Shown here piece by piece: positions 26,113 to 36,248 of a stretch of 64,000 nt of DNA (position 1 is the stretch's first letter; every line of letters starts with the position of its first letter). A model generated the notes under the pieces. It did no database searches and had not been told where the DNA came from. It was given only the letters and a program-made list of their open reading frames with translations. The translations under genes and the position numbers were made by a program. Source of the DNA: Bacillota bacterium (GTDB lineage: Bacteria > Sysuimicrobiota > Sysuimicrobiia > Sysuimicrobiales > Segetimicrobiaceae). The DNA lies in NCBI GenBank assembly GCA_021324295.1, contig JAJPJJ010000082.1, positions 96,316 to 160,315 of the forward strand. Reading direction: 5' to 3'.

Positions 26113-28769
26113 TGGGCCTGAGGGAATACCGGCAGAAGCGGCGGTTCGAGCGGACCCCGGAGCCGCGCGGCGCCGCGCGCGCCGCCGCAGGCGCGTCGCG
26201 TTTCGTCGTGCAGGAGCACCACGCGCGCCGCGTGCACTGGGACTTCCGCCTGGAGATGGAGGGCGTGCTCCGCTCGTGGGCGGTGCCCAAGGGGCCGTCG
26301 CTCGATCCCGCCGACAAGCGCCTGGCGGTCGCGGTGGAGGACCACCCCCTCGAGTACGCGGAGTTCGAGGGCGTGATCCCGGAGGGCAACTACGGCGCCG
26401 GCACCGTGATGCTGTGGGACCGCGGGACGTACGCGTGCCGCGAAGGGGATCCGGCCGAGGCGTTCCGGCGCGGCAAGATGACGCTCGTCCTCTCCGGCCA
26501 CAAGTTGCGCGGCGAGTTCCACTTCGTGCGCACGAAGCGCAACGAAGGGCGCGACTGGTTGCTCTTCAAGGGGAAGGACGAGTTCGCGAGGACCGGTTTC
26601 TCCCCGCTCGGGACACGCTCGGTGGCCAGCCGGCGATCCGTGGAGGAGATCCGCGCCGACCGCGGCGCCCGCTGGACGCCGGCGCGGCGCGGTCGGCGAT
26701 CAGCCCGCGACGAGGACCCGGCCGACCCGTTTCCAGCGCCGTTCCGGCCGATGCTCGCGCAGCCGGTCGAGCGGCCCTTCGACCGTCCCGGCTGGCTGTT
26801 CGAGGTCAAGTGGGATGGCGTCCGCGCCCTGGCGTTCCTCCGACGCAGCGGCGCGGCGCAGGAGGTCTCCCTCTACAACCGCGCCGGGCGGCGCCTCAAC
26901 GCCCGGTTTCCCGAGATCGTGGACGCCGTCGCGGCGCTGGACGAGCAGAGCATCGTGCTGGACGGCGAGATCGTCGCCCCGGACGAGCGCGGCCAGCCGA
27001 GCTTCGCGCGGCTGCAGCACCGGCTGCATCGGGACGCGGACGCCGGCCCGCCGCACATCCCGGTCGTCTACGCGGTGTTCGATTGCCTGTATCGCGGTGG
27101 GCGCGATCTGCGCGCGCGCCCGCTGGCCGAGCGCCGACGCGCGCTCGAGGAGGTGCGGCTCACCCAGGGGATCGTCCGGGGCGACGTGGTCGAAGGGAAG
27201 GGGCTCGCTCTGTTCGACGCGGTGCGGGCGCACGGGCTCGAGGGGATCGTCGCCAAGCGGGGGGGCAGCCCCTACCGGCCCGGCGTGCGGAGCCCCGACT
27301 GGCAGAAGGTCAAAGTGCGGCACACGACCGAGGCGGTCGTCGGCGGCTTCACTAGGGGGAAGGGGCGCCGGGCCGCCACCCTCGGCGCGTTGATCCTGGG
27401 CCAGTACGACGGGGAGGGCCGGCTCGTGCACATCGGCCAGACAGGCGGCGGGTTCGCTGAGGCCGACCTCCGCCTGGTCTCCGCGCTGCTCGAGCCGCTC
27501 GTGCAAGACACGTGCCCGTTTGCGCGCCGGCCGCGGCCGGCCGCCCCGACGACGTGGGTGCGGCCGCGGGTCGTCGTCGAGGTCGAGTACGCGGACCGCA
27601 CGCCGGACGGGATGCTGCGGTTCCCGGAATTCGTGAGGGTGCGAGACGACGTCCCTCCGCAGGAGGCGCGGCTGCCCGCCTCCACGGCGGCGCAGCCCGG
27701 GGCGGCCGGCCCCCGGGAGCGAGGCGCGGGAGCGGGGAGCGCGGGGCCCGAGGGACTTGCCTTCACCAACCTGTACAAGGTCTTCTTTCCGGCCGCCGGG
27801 TACACCAAGGCGGACGTCATCGACTATTACCGGCGGATCGCCCGGTACATCGTGCCGCACCTGCGGGATCGCCCGCTCACGCTGCGGCGCTTCCCGAACG
27901 GCATCGACGGCGAGGACTTCTTCCAGAAGGACGTCACCGACGCGCCCGCGTTCGTCCGGACGGAGCGGCTGTGGTCCGACCAGGGGGAGCGGGACATCCG
28001 CGCGATCATCGGCGCCGACGAGCCGACGCTCCTGTGGCTCGTCCAGCTCGGCTGCATCGAGATGCACGCGTGGTTCTCCCGGACCACCCCGGTCGAGGCG
28101 CCCGGGCGGGGGGGGCCGGGCCTGGCGTTCGCCGGCTCGGCGGCCGCGCTCGAGCACAGCGTGCTCAACTACCCCGACTTCATCGTCTTCGACATCGATC
28201 CGTTCCTGTACCCGGAGGGCCAGGCGCCGGTGAGACGCCACGGCGAGCTGGATCCCGACTACACGCGCCGCGGCTTCGAGGCGGCGCGCCGCGCGGCGCT
28301 GTGGCTCGGCGAAGCGTTGGAGTCGGTGGGCCTCCGGGCGTTCGCCAAGACGTCCGGGAAGACCGGGCTGCACGTCTTCGTCCCCATCGAGCGCCGGCAC
28401 ACGTACGACGTGACGCACGCCTTCGCCAAGACGATGGCCGGGTGGCTCGCCGACCGGCACCCCGAGGAGTTGACCGTCGCGTGGGCGGTGCGCGAGCGCG
28501 CGGGCAAGGTCTTCCTCGACTACAACCAGAACGCGCGCGGCAAGACGCTGGCGAGCGTCTACAGCCTGCGGCCGGTCCCGCAGGCGACCGTGAGCGTGCC
28601 CGTGACGTGGGACGAGTTGCGCCGGGGATTCGATCCGCTGCAGTGGACGATCGCGACGGTGTTCGAGCGGCTCGAGCGCGTCGGCGATCTGTGGGCGGAC
28701 ATCCTGCGCAGCGCGCAGAGCCTCGACGATCCTCTCGCGCGCGTCGCCCGCGCCCGCGAGGCCGGCTGA
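26112..28769 (+). CDS. ligD: NHEJ DNA ligase D (phosphoesterase, ligase and polymerase domains)
   Basis: PE domain FVVQEHHARRVHWDFRLE, WAVPKGPS; ligase EVKWDGVR, LDGEIV, EGIVAKR; polymerase RFPNGI, FDIDP, KTSGKTGLH, FLDYNQN. Confidence 0.95.
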   Translation: MGLREYRQKRRFERTPEPRGAARAAAGASRFVVQEHHARRVHWDFRLEMEGVLRSWAVPKGPSLDPADKRLAVAVEDHPLEYAEFEGVIPEGNYGAGTVMLWDRGTYACREGDPAEAFRRGKMTLVLSGHKLRGEFHFVRTKRNEGRDWLLFKGKDEFARTGFSPLGTRSVASRRSVEEIRADRGARWTPARRGRRSARDEDPADPFPAPFRPMLAQPVERPFDRPGWLFEVKWDGVRALAFLRRSGAAQEVSLYNRAGRRLNARFPEIVDAVAALDEQSIVLDGEIVAPDERGQPSFARLQHRLHRDADAGPPHIPVVYAVFDCLYRGGRDLRARPLAERRRALEEVRLTQGIVRGDVVEGKGLALFDAVRAHGLEGIVAKRGGSPYRPGVRSPDWQKVKVRHTTEAVVGGFTRGKGRRAATLGALILGQYDGEGRLVHIGQTGGGFAEADLRLVSALLEPLVQDTCPFARRPRPAAPTTWVRPRVVVEVEYADRTPDGMLRFPEFVRVRDDVPPQEARLPASTAAQPGAAGPRERGAGAGSAGPEGLAFTNLYKVFFPAAGYTKADVIDYYRRIARYIVPHLRDRPLTLRRFPNGIDGEDFFQKDVTDAPAFVRTERLWSDQGERDIRAIIGADEPTLLWLVQLGCIEMHAWFSRTTPVEAPGRGGPGLAFAGSAAALEHSVLNYPDFIVFDIDPFLYPEGQAPVRRHGELDPDYTRRGFEAARRAALWLGEALESVGLRAFAKTSGKTGLHVFVPIERRHTYDVTHAFAKTMAGWLADRHPEELTVAWAVRERAGKVFLDYNQNARGKTLASVYSLRPVPQATVSVPVTWDELRRGFDPLQWTIATVFERLERVGDLWADILRSAQSLDDPLARVARAREAG

Positions 28770-28904
28770 AGCCCGCGCCGGGCCCGCGACGCGGACCTCG
28801 GGCCATCGTCCGCTGCGGGAGATCCGGCCGGTCCCGGCGAACCTGCTCAGGGGCCCCCCCGCGGGCGCAGCCCGCGCGATGGAGCACGCCGAGGAGGAGG
28901 ACCG

Positions 28905-29852
28905 ATGCCGGAGCACGCCAGGTACGTCTGGTTCGACGGAGCGATCGTGCCGTGGGAGGAGGCGCGCGTGCACGTCTCCACCGCGGCCGTGCTCCGCGGC
29001 GCCAACGTGTTCGAGGGCGTCCGCGCCTACTGGAACGCCGACGAGCGCGAGCTGTACATCTTCCGGGATGCGGCGCACATGGCCCGCCTCTGGAACTCCG
29101 CCAAGATCATGCGGATGTCCCCGCCGTGGACGCAGGAGGAGCTCAGCGAGGCGGAGGTCGCCGTGCTGCGCGCGAACGCGTTCGAGGGCACCGTGTGGTT
29201 CCGGCTCACGCTGTACGTCGGCGAAGGCGAGGAGCGCGGAGGATCGGACGGACAGGTGCGCATCGGCGGGTTCATCCTGCCGCGGCTGTCCCCGCGCTCG
29301 AAGGGTGTCAGCGCGGGCGTCGACTCGTGCGTCAGCACGTGGACGCGCATCGGCGATGCCTCGGTGCCGCCGCGCGTGAAGGCGGGCGCCAACTACCACA
29401 ACGCCAGCCTGGCCTGGATGGAGGCGCGCCTTGCCGGGTACTCGGGCCAGCCGATCATGCTCAACGAGAGGGGCAAGGTCGCGGAAGGCCCCGGCGCCTG
29501 CCTCATGATGGTGCGGGACGGCCGGCTCGTCACGCCGCCGGTCACGTCTAACATCCTCGAGTCCATCACGAGAGCGACGCTGCTGGAGCTCGCGCGCGAC
29601 GCCGGCATTCCCACGCAGGAGCGGGAGATCGACCGGACGGAGCTGTACGTCGCCGACGAGGCGTTCTTCTGCGGGAGCGGCGCGGAGATCACCCCGATCA
29701 ACTCGGTGGATCGCTACCCGGTGGGGACGGGCCGCCCCGGCCCGCTCACGCGGCGGCTGCAGGACCTCTACTTCTCCGTCGTCGAGGGGCGCGTGCCACG
29801 GTACCGCGACTGGCTGACGCCGGTGTACCAGCGGGCCACGACGCCGGCCTGA
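28905..29852 (+). CDS. Class IV PLP aminotransferase (branched-chain amino acid transaminase-like)
   Basis: VFEGVRAY, KAGANY, EGPG, ILESITR, ADEAFFCGSGAEITP. Confidence 0.88.
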   Translation: MPEHARYVWFDGAIVPWEEARVHVSTAAVLRGANVFEGVRAYWNADERELYIFRDAAHMARLWNSAKIMRMSPPWTQEELSEAEVAVLRANAFEGTVWFRLTLYVGEGEERGGSDGQVRIGGFILPRLSPRSKGVSAGVDSCVSTWTRIGDASVPPRVKAGANYHNASLAWMEARLAGYSGQPIMLNERGKVAEGPGACLMMVRDGRLVTPPVTSNILESITRATLLELARDAGIPTQEREIDRTELYVADEAFFCGSGAEITPINSVDRYPVGTGRPGPLTRRLQDLYFSVVEGRVPRYRDWLTPVYQRATTPA

Positions 29853-29900
29853 TCGGCGGCGGGCACCGGCGGGCGACCGCCGGGCGCCGGGAGGACAGCG

Positions 29901-30818
29901 ATGCGTACCGGGATCGTCCTGCCGCAGATCGGCCCCGCATCCAGCCCCGAGGCGATCGTGCGCGCGGCGCAGCGCGCCGAGGCGCTGGGCTACGACGGCG
30001 TGTGGGTCACCGACCGCCTGCTCTATCCGCTCCAGCCGCAGACGCCGTATCCGGGGACCCCGGACGGGTCGCTGCCCGCCGTGTACCGGCGCGTCTTCGA
30101 CCCGCTCGAAACGCTGGCGCTCGCCGCGGCTCACACCCGCCGGGCGTCGCTCGGGACCAGCGTGCTGGACATGCCCTTCTACAATCCGGTCGTGCTCGCC
30201 CGCCGGTTGACGACGCTGGACGTGCTCTCGGGCGGCCGCCTGCGCGTCGGGCTGGGCCAGGGGTGGTCCAAGGACGAGTACGACGCGGTCGGGATCGCCC
30301 CGCAGAGGCTGGGGCGGCGGGCCGACGAGTTCATCCAGGTCCTCACGGCGATCTGGACGACCGACCCCGTCGAGTTTCACGGCCGCTTCTTCCACGTCCC
30401 GCGGTCCATCATCCAGCCCAAGCCGGTGCAGAAGCCTCACCCTCCGCTCTACCTCGCCGGGTACGTCCCCAGCGCGCTGAGGCGGGCGGCGACGCTCGCC
30501 AGCGCGTGGCATGTCGTGGGCGTGCCGCTCGACGGCATGCGGCAGATGAGCGAGGCGCTCAGGACGATGGCCAGGGACGCGGGCCGGGACCCCGCGACCG
30601 TGGAGGTCGTCGTGCGCGCCAACCTGCACATCACCGAGGCGCCGCTCGGCCCGGACCGGTGGATCTTCACCGGCACGCTCGACCAGATCCGGGAGGACGT
30701 CGCGGCCACCCGGCAGCTGGGGGCGGCCGAGCTGATCTTCGACCCGACGTTTTCCCCGGGCGTCGACTCGGAGCGGGAGTTCGTCGCGGCGATGGAAACG
30801 ATCCGCCGGCTGGTGTAG
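29901..30818 (+). CDS. LLM-class (luciferase-like, possibly F420-dependent) oxidoreductase
   Basis: AEALGYDGVWVTD, LGTSVL, LDVLSGGRLRVGLGQGW, PKPVQKPHPP. Confidence 0.88.
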   Translation: MRTGIVLPQIGPASSPEAIVRAAQRAEALGYDGVWVTDRLLYPLQPQTPYPGTPDGSLPAVYRRVFDPLETLALAAAHTRRASLGTSVLDMPFYNPVVLARRLTTLDVLSGGRLRVGLGQGWSKDEYDAVGIAPQRLGRRADEFIQVLTAIWTTDPVEFHGRFFHVPRSIIQPKPVQKPHPPLYLAGYVPSALRRAATLASAWHVVGVPLDGMRQMSEALRTMARDAGRDPATVEVVVRANLHITEAPLGPDRWIFTGTLDQIREDVAATRQLGAAELIFDPTFSPGVDSEREFVAAMETIRRLV

Positions 30819-30822
30819 GCCT

Positions 30823-31725
30823 TCACCCTCCGCCGCCGGCCGGCCCGGCGCGAGCGGCGGCGGGGCCCGCCGTCCACTGGACGACGAACTCGGCCCCAAG
30901 GAGAAAGCTGCACGCGAGGGCGTAGACCCAGACGAGCAGCGCCATGATCGCCTGGAGCTGATGATACAGCGTCGCGAAGTCCGCGACGCGCGCCAGGTAC
31001 AGGCTCAGCGCGTACGCGATGCCGTGCCAGACCGCGGTGGCGACGATGGCCCCCGGCCAGGCGTCGCTCCAGCGGACGTACGCGTTGGGCAGGAACCGGT
31101 ACCCGGTCCAGAAGATCGCGAACTGCGCCAGCGCGGTGGAGACGGTCAGCACCCGGCCGGTCCCCGCCGGCGGCCGCCGCGGCCACCCGAGCAGATACCC
31201 GATCTCGCTGTAGCGGATCAGGCGGAACACGAGGACGGTGGCGATCAGCATCCCGAGGAAGATCAACAGCGACAGCGCCATCGTGAGGATGCCGACGAGG
31301 AACCGCAGGTGAAAGATGCGGCCCCGGACCTCCCACACGCGGTCCAGGGCCACCTGCAGGGCGGCGAAGACGCCGGTGGCCGCCACGGTCAGGCTCAGGA
31401 GCCCGACCACACCGAGCGTGCGCTGCTGGCTATACGCGTCCCGGATCGCGCGCAAGAGGAGGTCCGCATCGCCCAACCCACCGAACAGCCGCCCGATGTT
31501 GCGGGCGACCGCCGCGGCGGGGAACACAACCTGCAGGCCGATGAGCAGCAGGACGGCCAGCGGCAGCAGGGAAAACAGCGCGTAGAAGCCGATCGCCGCC
31601 GCGGAAAAGAGATCGCCGTGCCGCCAGAAGCCGAGGACCGCGCGCCCGAACGCCAGCGTGACGCGCCGCGGCAGGGCGAGCGCCACACGGGTCTGGCGGC
31701 GCGTAGCCGGCGTCTCCCGAACCAT
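30823..31725 (-). CDS. YihY/BrkB family membrane protein
   Basis: AAAIGFYALFSLLP, ALDRVWEV, YRFLPN, LLVWVY...FLLGAEF. Confidence 0.85.
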   Translation of the reverse strand: MVRETPATRRQTRVALALPRRVTLAFGRAVLGFWRHGDLFSAAAIGFYALFSLLPLAVLLLIGLQVVFPAAAVARNIGRLFGGLGDADLLLRAIRDAYSQQRTLGVVGLLSLTVAATGVFAALQVALDRVWEVRGRIFHLRFLVGILTMALSLLIFLGMLIATVLVFRLIRYSEIGYLLGWPRRPPAGTGRVLTVSTALAQFAIFWTGYRFLPNAYVRWSDAWPGAIVATAVWHGIAYALSLYLARVADFATLYHQLQAIMALLVWVYALACSFLLGAEFVVQWTAGPAAARAGPAGGGG

Positions 31726-31804
31726 GCCTTCTCCTTTTTTTCCCTGGGCCGCCCCCGGCCGGGCGCTCACCGCCCCAGGCGCCGGGGCTCTCCGGAGGTG
31801 CTGT

Positions 31805-33400
31805 GTGCGTAAGCGCACGAGCCTGGCTGCGATGCTCCCAGCGAGCGTCCTTGTGGCGTGGCTCCTCCTGGTGCTGCCGCGGCCGGCCCTCCCCGCGCCC
31901 TCGGGTGAGGAGGGCGGGATCCTGACGTTCCACGGCGACGCCGCGCGCACCGGGTGGAACGCCGGCGAGCGCACCCTCACGCCGTCCACCGCGCGCGGCC
32001 TCCACAAGCTGTGGACCGCGGCGCTCGAGGGCGAGATCTACGCGGAGCCGCTGGTCGTGCCGGGCGTCGCGATGCTGGGACGCGTCCGCACCGTCGTCTA
32101 CGCGGTCACCGAGCGCGACCTCGTCTACGCGCTCGACGCGGCCGACGGGAAGCGCCTCTGGGGGCCGGTCTCGCTCGGCGACCCGGTCCCCCTCGCGAGC
32201 CTCCCGTGCGGGAACATCGATCCCGTTGGGATCACGAGCACGCCGGTCGTCGATCGGAGCGCCGGCACGCTGTACGTTGCCGGGCTGACGAGCCCCGACG
32301 GGGGGCGCCGCAAGATCTACAAGATCGGCGCGCTCGACATCAAGAGCGGCGCGCTGCGGCCCGGGTGGCCCGTGGAGATCGCGCCCGCGGCCGCCTCCCG
32401 CCGGTTCGACCCCGGCGTTCAGCAGCAGCGCGGCGCGCTCACGCTGCTGCGGGGGGTGGTATACGTCCCATTCGGCGGCTACTTCGGCGACTGCGGCGAC
32501 TACCACGGGTGGGTTGTCGGCGTCCCCGTCGCCGACCCTCACAAGCAGGAGGCCTACGTGACCCCCACGCAGCGCATGGGGGGCATCTGGGCGGCCGGCG
32601 GGATCGCCGCCGACCCGGACGGCAACCTGTACGCGGCCACAGGAAACAGCGAGTCCACCGGGCGCGTGGACTTCGGCAACAGCGTGCTCCGCCTCGCCAC
32701 CTCTCCGCTCCGGTTCTCGGTGGCGCCGCGCGCCTACTTCACCCCGAGCAACTTCGTCTCCCTCAACCAGAGCGACACCGACCTGGGGTCCACGGCGCCG
32801 CTCGTGCTGCCCGATCAACCGGGCACGTCGACGCCGCGCCTCGTCTTCATCGCCGGGAAGCAGGGGGTCGGGTACTTGATCAACCGGGACGACATGGGCG
32901 GGCGCGGCCGCGGCGACGGGATCACGGGCGAGAGCACGTACAGCCGCTGCGTCTTCGGGACCTGCCAGGGTGGAGGGCCCCAGGTGTTCTCGGCCACCGC
33001 GTACTGGGACGGCGGCCCTGCCGGCCGCCTGATCCTGGTCCCCGGCCATGGGAGCCAGCCCGCCCCGTGCCGGGGGACCGGCGGCGTGGTGGCGCTGCGC
33101 ATCGGCGCGGCGCCGGGCTCGCGCGCCGCGACGTTCACCGTCGCCTGGTGCAGCCCATCGATGCGCGACCCGGGGGCCCCATCCGTCACGGGCGCGGGGC
33201 CGGACGGCGGTCTCGTGTGGGTCGTGGATCGCGGCGCGGGCGCGCTCTACGCGCTCGATGCGCGCACAGGCGCGGAGGTCTACGTCTCCCGCGGCGCGGA
33301 CGCGCTCGGCGCGGCCCACCAGTTCATCACGCCGGCCGTGTGGGGCGGGCGCGTGTACGTCGGCGCGGGCCACGAGGTCGTCGCCTACGGGCTGCGGTAG
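31805..33400 (+). CDS. Secreted PQQ-like beta-propeller repeat protein
   Basis: Signal peptide; TFHGDAARTGWN, VYALDAADGKRLW, GITSTPVVD, GGIW, DLGS, ALYALDARTG; GGAGGTG RBS. Confidence 0.78.
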   Translation: MRKRTSLAAMLPASVLVAWLLLVLPRPALPAPSGEEGGILTFHGDAARTGWNAGERTLTPSTARGLHKLWTAALEGEIYAEPLVVPGVAMLGRVRTVVYAVTERDLVYALDAADGKRLWGPVSLGDPVPLASLPCGNIDPVGITSTPVVDRSAGTLYVAGLTSPDGGRRKIYKIGALDIKSGALRPGWPVEIAPAAASRRFDPGVQQQRGALTLLRGVVYVPFGGYFGDCGDYHGWVVGVPVADPHKQEAYVTPTQRMGGIWAAGGIAADPDGNLYAATGNSESTGRVDFGNSVLRLATSPLRFSVAPRAYFTPSNFVSLNQSDTDLGSTAPLVLPDQPGTSTPRLVFIAGKQGVGYLINRDDMGGRGRGDGITGESTYSRCVFGTCQGGGPQVFSATAYWDGGPAGRLILVPGHGSQPAPCRGTGGVVALRIGAAPGSRAATFTVAWCSPSMRDPGAPSVTGAGPDGGLVWVVDRGAGALYALDARTGAEVYVSRGADALGAAHQFITPAVWGGRVYVGAGHEVVAYGLR

Positions 33401-33530
33401 GCCGCCTGCCCGCTGTGCGTGGGAGGCGGCGGGACGAGCAAGCAGGGGAAACTGCCCCGGCCGTGAACAAATGGGCCGGAGCGCGCGGGGCACGCTGATG
33501 CCCCACATCGCGTCGACGGGGAGGGGGCGT

Positions 33531-34724
33531 ATGTGGAGGATCTCCGCCTGGGCCATCGCCGCGGCCCTCGGCGCCGTGCTCGCCGCGCCGGCGCCCCCGG
33601 CGCCGGGAGCCGGCGCGGGGCTCGTGTTCGGCGTCGTCCTCGTCGGCCCGCGCAACGATCACGGGTGGAGCGAGGCGCACTTCATCGCGGGCCAGTACGC
33701 GGAGAAGAAGGTCCCCGGCGCGCGGATGGTCTACGTGGACAACGTCAACCCGGCCGCCAAGCCCGGGGTGACCGTCCCCCAGATCGTCGACGACATGGTC
33801 TCCAAAGGGGCGCGGCTCGTCCTCACGACATCGGACGACTTCAAGGACGGGACCCTTGAAGCGGCCCGGATGCACCCGCAACTACCCATCATCAACGTCT
33901 CGGGCGACCACGCCTGGAAGGCCGGCCGCGACTACAAGGCGCCGCCCAACGAGAGCAACTTCATGGGCCGGATGGAGTACATGAAGATGGTCGCCGGCTG
34001 CGCCGCGGCGCTCACGACGCGGACCGGGAAGCTCGGGTATCTCGGCCCGCTCGTCAACGACGAGACCCGGCGGCTGGCCGACTCGGCCTACCTGGGCGCG
34101 CGGTACTGCTGGGCCACGTATCTCAGGAAGAGCCCGGCGAGCCTGCGGTTCAAGGTGACGTGGATCGGGTTCTGGTTCAACATCCCCGGCCAGACGCTCG
34201 ATCCGACCAAGGTCGCCGACGACTTCTACAACACGGGCTTCGATGTGGTGATCTCCGGCATCGACACGACGGAGGCGCTGGTCGAGGCGAACAAGCTGGC
34301 CAGGGCGGGGAAGCGCGTGTGGGCGGTCCCGTACGACTTCAAGGGCGCCTGCCGGGAAGCGCCGGCCGTCTGCCTGGGCGTCCCCTACTTCAACTGGGGG
34401 CCGGCCTACGTCAAGGCAATCACGCTGGTCCGCGACGGCGCCTACAAGCAGTACTGGGATTGGAACGGCCCCGACTGGAAGAACATCAACGATCCCGACA
34501 CCTCCGCCGTCGGCTTCGAGCGGGGGCCCGCGCTGAGCGCCGCAGCCAGCGCCAGGCTGGACGGGCTGATCAGGGGGATGGGCGCCGGCTCGATCGTGCT
34601 GTGGAAGGGGCCGCTGCGGCTCCAGGACGGCTCGCTCTACCTCCGGGCGGGCCAGGTGGCGAGCGATCAGCAGGTCTGGTACATGCCGCAACTCCTGCAG
34701 GGCATGGAAGGGCCGAGCAAGTAG
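33531..34724 (+). CDS. BMP family (purine nucleoside-type) ABC substrate-binding protein
   Basis: VLVGPRNDHGWSEAH, WIGFWF, PYFNWGP. Confidence 0.88.
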   Translation: MWRISAWAIAAALGAVLAAPAPPAPGAGAGLVFGVVLVGPRNDHGWSEAHFIAGQYAEKKVPGARMVYVDNVNPAAKPGVTVPQIVDDMVSKGARLVLTTSDDFKDGTLEAARMHPQLPIINVSGDHAWKAGRDYKAPPNESNFMGRMEYMKMVAGCAAALTTRTGKLGYLGPLVNDETRRLADSAYLGARYCWATYLRKSPASLRFKVTWIGFWFNIPGQTLDPTKVADDFYNTGFDVVISGIDTTEALVEANKLARAGKRVWAVPYDFKGACREAPAVCLGVPYFNWGPAYVKAITLVRDGAYKQYWDWNGPDWKNINDPDTSAVGFERGPALSAAASARLDGLIRGMGAGSIVLWKGPLRLQDGSLYLRAGQVASDQQVWYMPQLLQGMEGPSK

Positions 34725-34784
34725 TGCTCCCCCTCGCGGCGCTCCCTGCGCCGGCAGCGGCGCGGTCGTCCGTGGGGCAGCCGC

Positions 34785-36248
34785 ATGCGGGTCGAGCTGA
34801 GGGACATCCATAAGTCGTTTGGCCCGGTGCGGGCGAACGACGGCGTGAGCCTCACGGCGGACGCCGGGACCATTCACGGCATCCTGGGCGAGAACGGCGC
34901 GGGCAAGAGCACGCTGATGAAGGTCCTGGCCGGGATCCTCCAGCCGGACCGCGGAGAGATCCTCCTCGATGGAGCCCCGGTGCGGATCTCCTCGCCCGCG
35001 GCGGCGATCCGGCTCGGCATCGGGATGCTGCAGCAGGATCCGCTCGACTTCCCCTCGCTCAGCGTGCTCGACAACTTCCTCCTGGGCAGCCCCGGCGGTC
35101 TCGTCCTGGATCGCCGGCGCGCGCGCGACGCGTTGCGGCGACTGGGGGCCCGCTTCGCCTTCGCCCTCGATCCGGATGCGCGCGGCGAGGACCTCACCGT
35201 CGGCGAGCGCCAGCAGCTCGAGATCCTCCGTCTGCTCCGGCTCGGCGTCCGGGTCCTCATCCTCGATGAGCCGACGACGGCGATCTCGGCGTCCCAGCGA
35301 GGTCAGCTGTTCGCCGCGCTCCGCGCGATGGCCGCAGACGGCAAGGTCGTGTTCTTCGTGTCGCACAAGCTCGAAGAGGTCCAGGAGCTCTGCGACGCGG
35401 TCACCGTCCTGCGGCGCGGCCGGGTGGCCGGCGAGGCGGCGATGCCCGCCGAGACCGGGCGGCTGGTGCAGCTCATGTTCGGCCAGGAGCCGCCGCGCGT
35501 AACCCGAGCCCGGCTGCCCCTCGGCCCCCCGGTGCTCGAGCTCGCCGACGTCACGGCGAGCGACGCCCGCCTGACGCTCGAGCACGTGTCGCTCCAGGTC
35601 CGCGCCGGGGAGGTCGTCGGGCTGGCGGGCCTGGAAGGCAGCGGCCAGCGGCTGTTCCTCCACGCGTGCGCGGGGCTCGCGCCGGTGACGCGCGGCCGCG
35701 TGCGCATCGCGGGCCGCGACCTGACCGGCCGCTCCTACGCGCAGTTCCTCGCCGCGGGCGGTGCCTACCTGCCGGCCGGCCGCCTCGGCGAGGGGCTCAT
35801 CCCCGGCCTCACGCTGACCGAGCACGCTGCTCTCGCGGGCCGCCACGGCACCCTGTTTGTGGACTGGCGCGCCGCGGCGCGCGCCGCCGCCCGCCACATC
35901 GGGGAGCTCCATATCCGCGGCACGCCTCGCACCGACGTGCAGGCCCTCTCCGGTGGGAACCAGCAGCGGGCGCTGCTGGCGTTGCTGCCGGACCACGTCT
36001 CCGTCCTCCTCATGGAGCACCCCACCCGTGGCCTGGACCTCGAGTCCGCGGAGGAGATCTGGCGCCGGCTGCTCGACCGGCGGGCGCGGGGAACCGCGAT
36101 CGTGTTCTCTTCCTCGGATCTCGACGAGCTGCTGGCGCGCAGCGACCGCATCCTGGTGTTCTCCGGCGGGCGCGTCGCCGGCCCCCTGGATGCCCGCGAA
36201 GCCACGGTGGAGCGTCTGGGCGAGCTGATCGGGGGGAAGGGCGTCTGA
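34785..36248 (+). CDS. Nucleoside/simple-sugar ABC ATPase (two-domain)
   Basis: GENGAGKSTL, LILDEPT, SHKLEEV, LSGGNQQ, PTRGLD. Confidence 0.9.
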   Translation: MRVELRDIHKSFGPVRANDGVSLTADAGTIHGILGENGAGKSTLMKVLAGILQPDRGEILLDGAPVRISSPAAAIRLGIGMLQQDPLDFPSLSVLDNFLLGSPGGLVLDRRRARDALRRLGARFAFALDPDARGEDLTVGERQQLEILRLLRLGVRVLILDEPTTAISASQRGQLFAALRAMAADGKVVFFVSHKLEEVQELCDAVTVLRRGRVAGEAAMPAETGRLVQLMFGQEPPRVTRARLPLGPPVLELADVTASDARLTLEHVSLQVRAGEVVGLAGLEGSGQRLFLHACAGLAPVTRGRVRIAGRDLTGRSYAQFLAAGGAYLPAGRLGEGLIPGLTLTEHAALAGRHGTLFVDWRAAARAAARHIGELHIRGTPRTDVQALSGGNQQRALLALLPDHVSVLLMEHPTRGLDLESAEEIWRRLLDRRARGTAIVFSSSDLDELLARSDRILVFSGGRVAGPLDAREATVERLGELIGGKGV

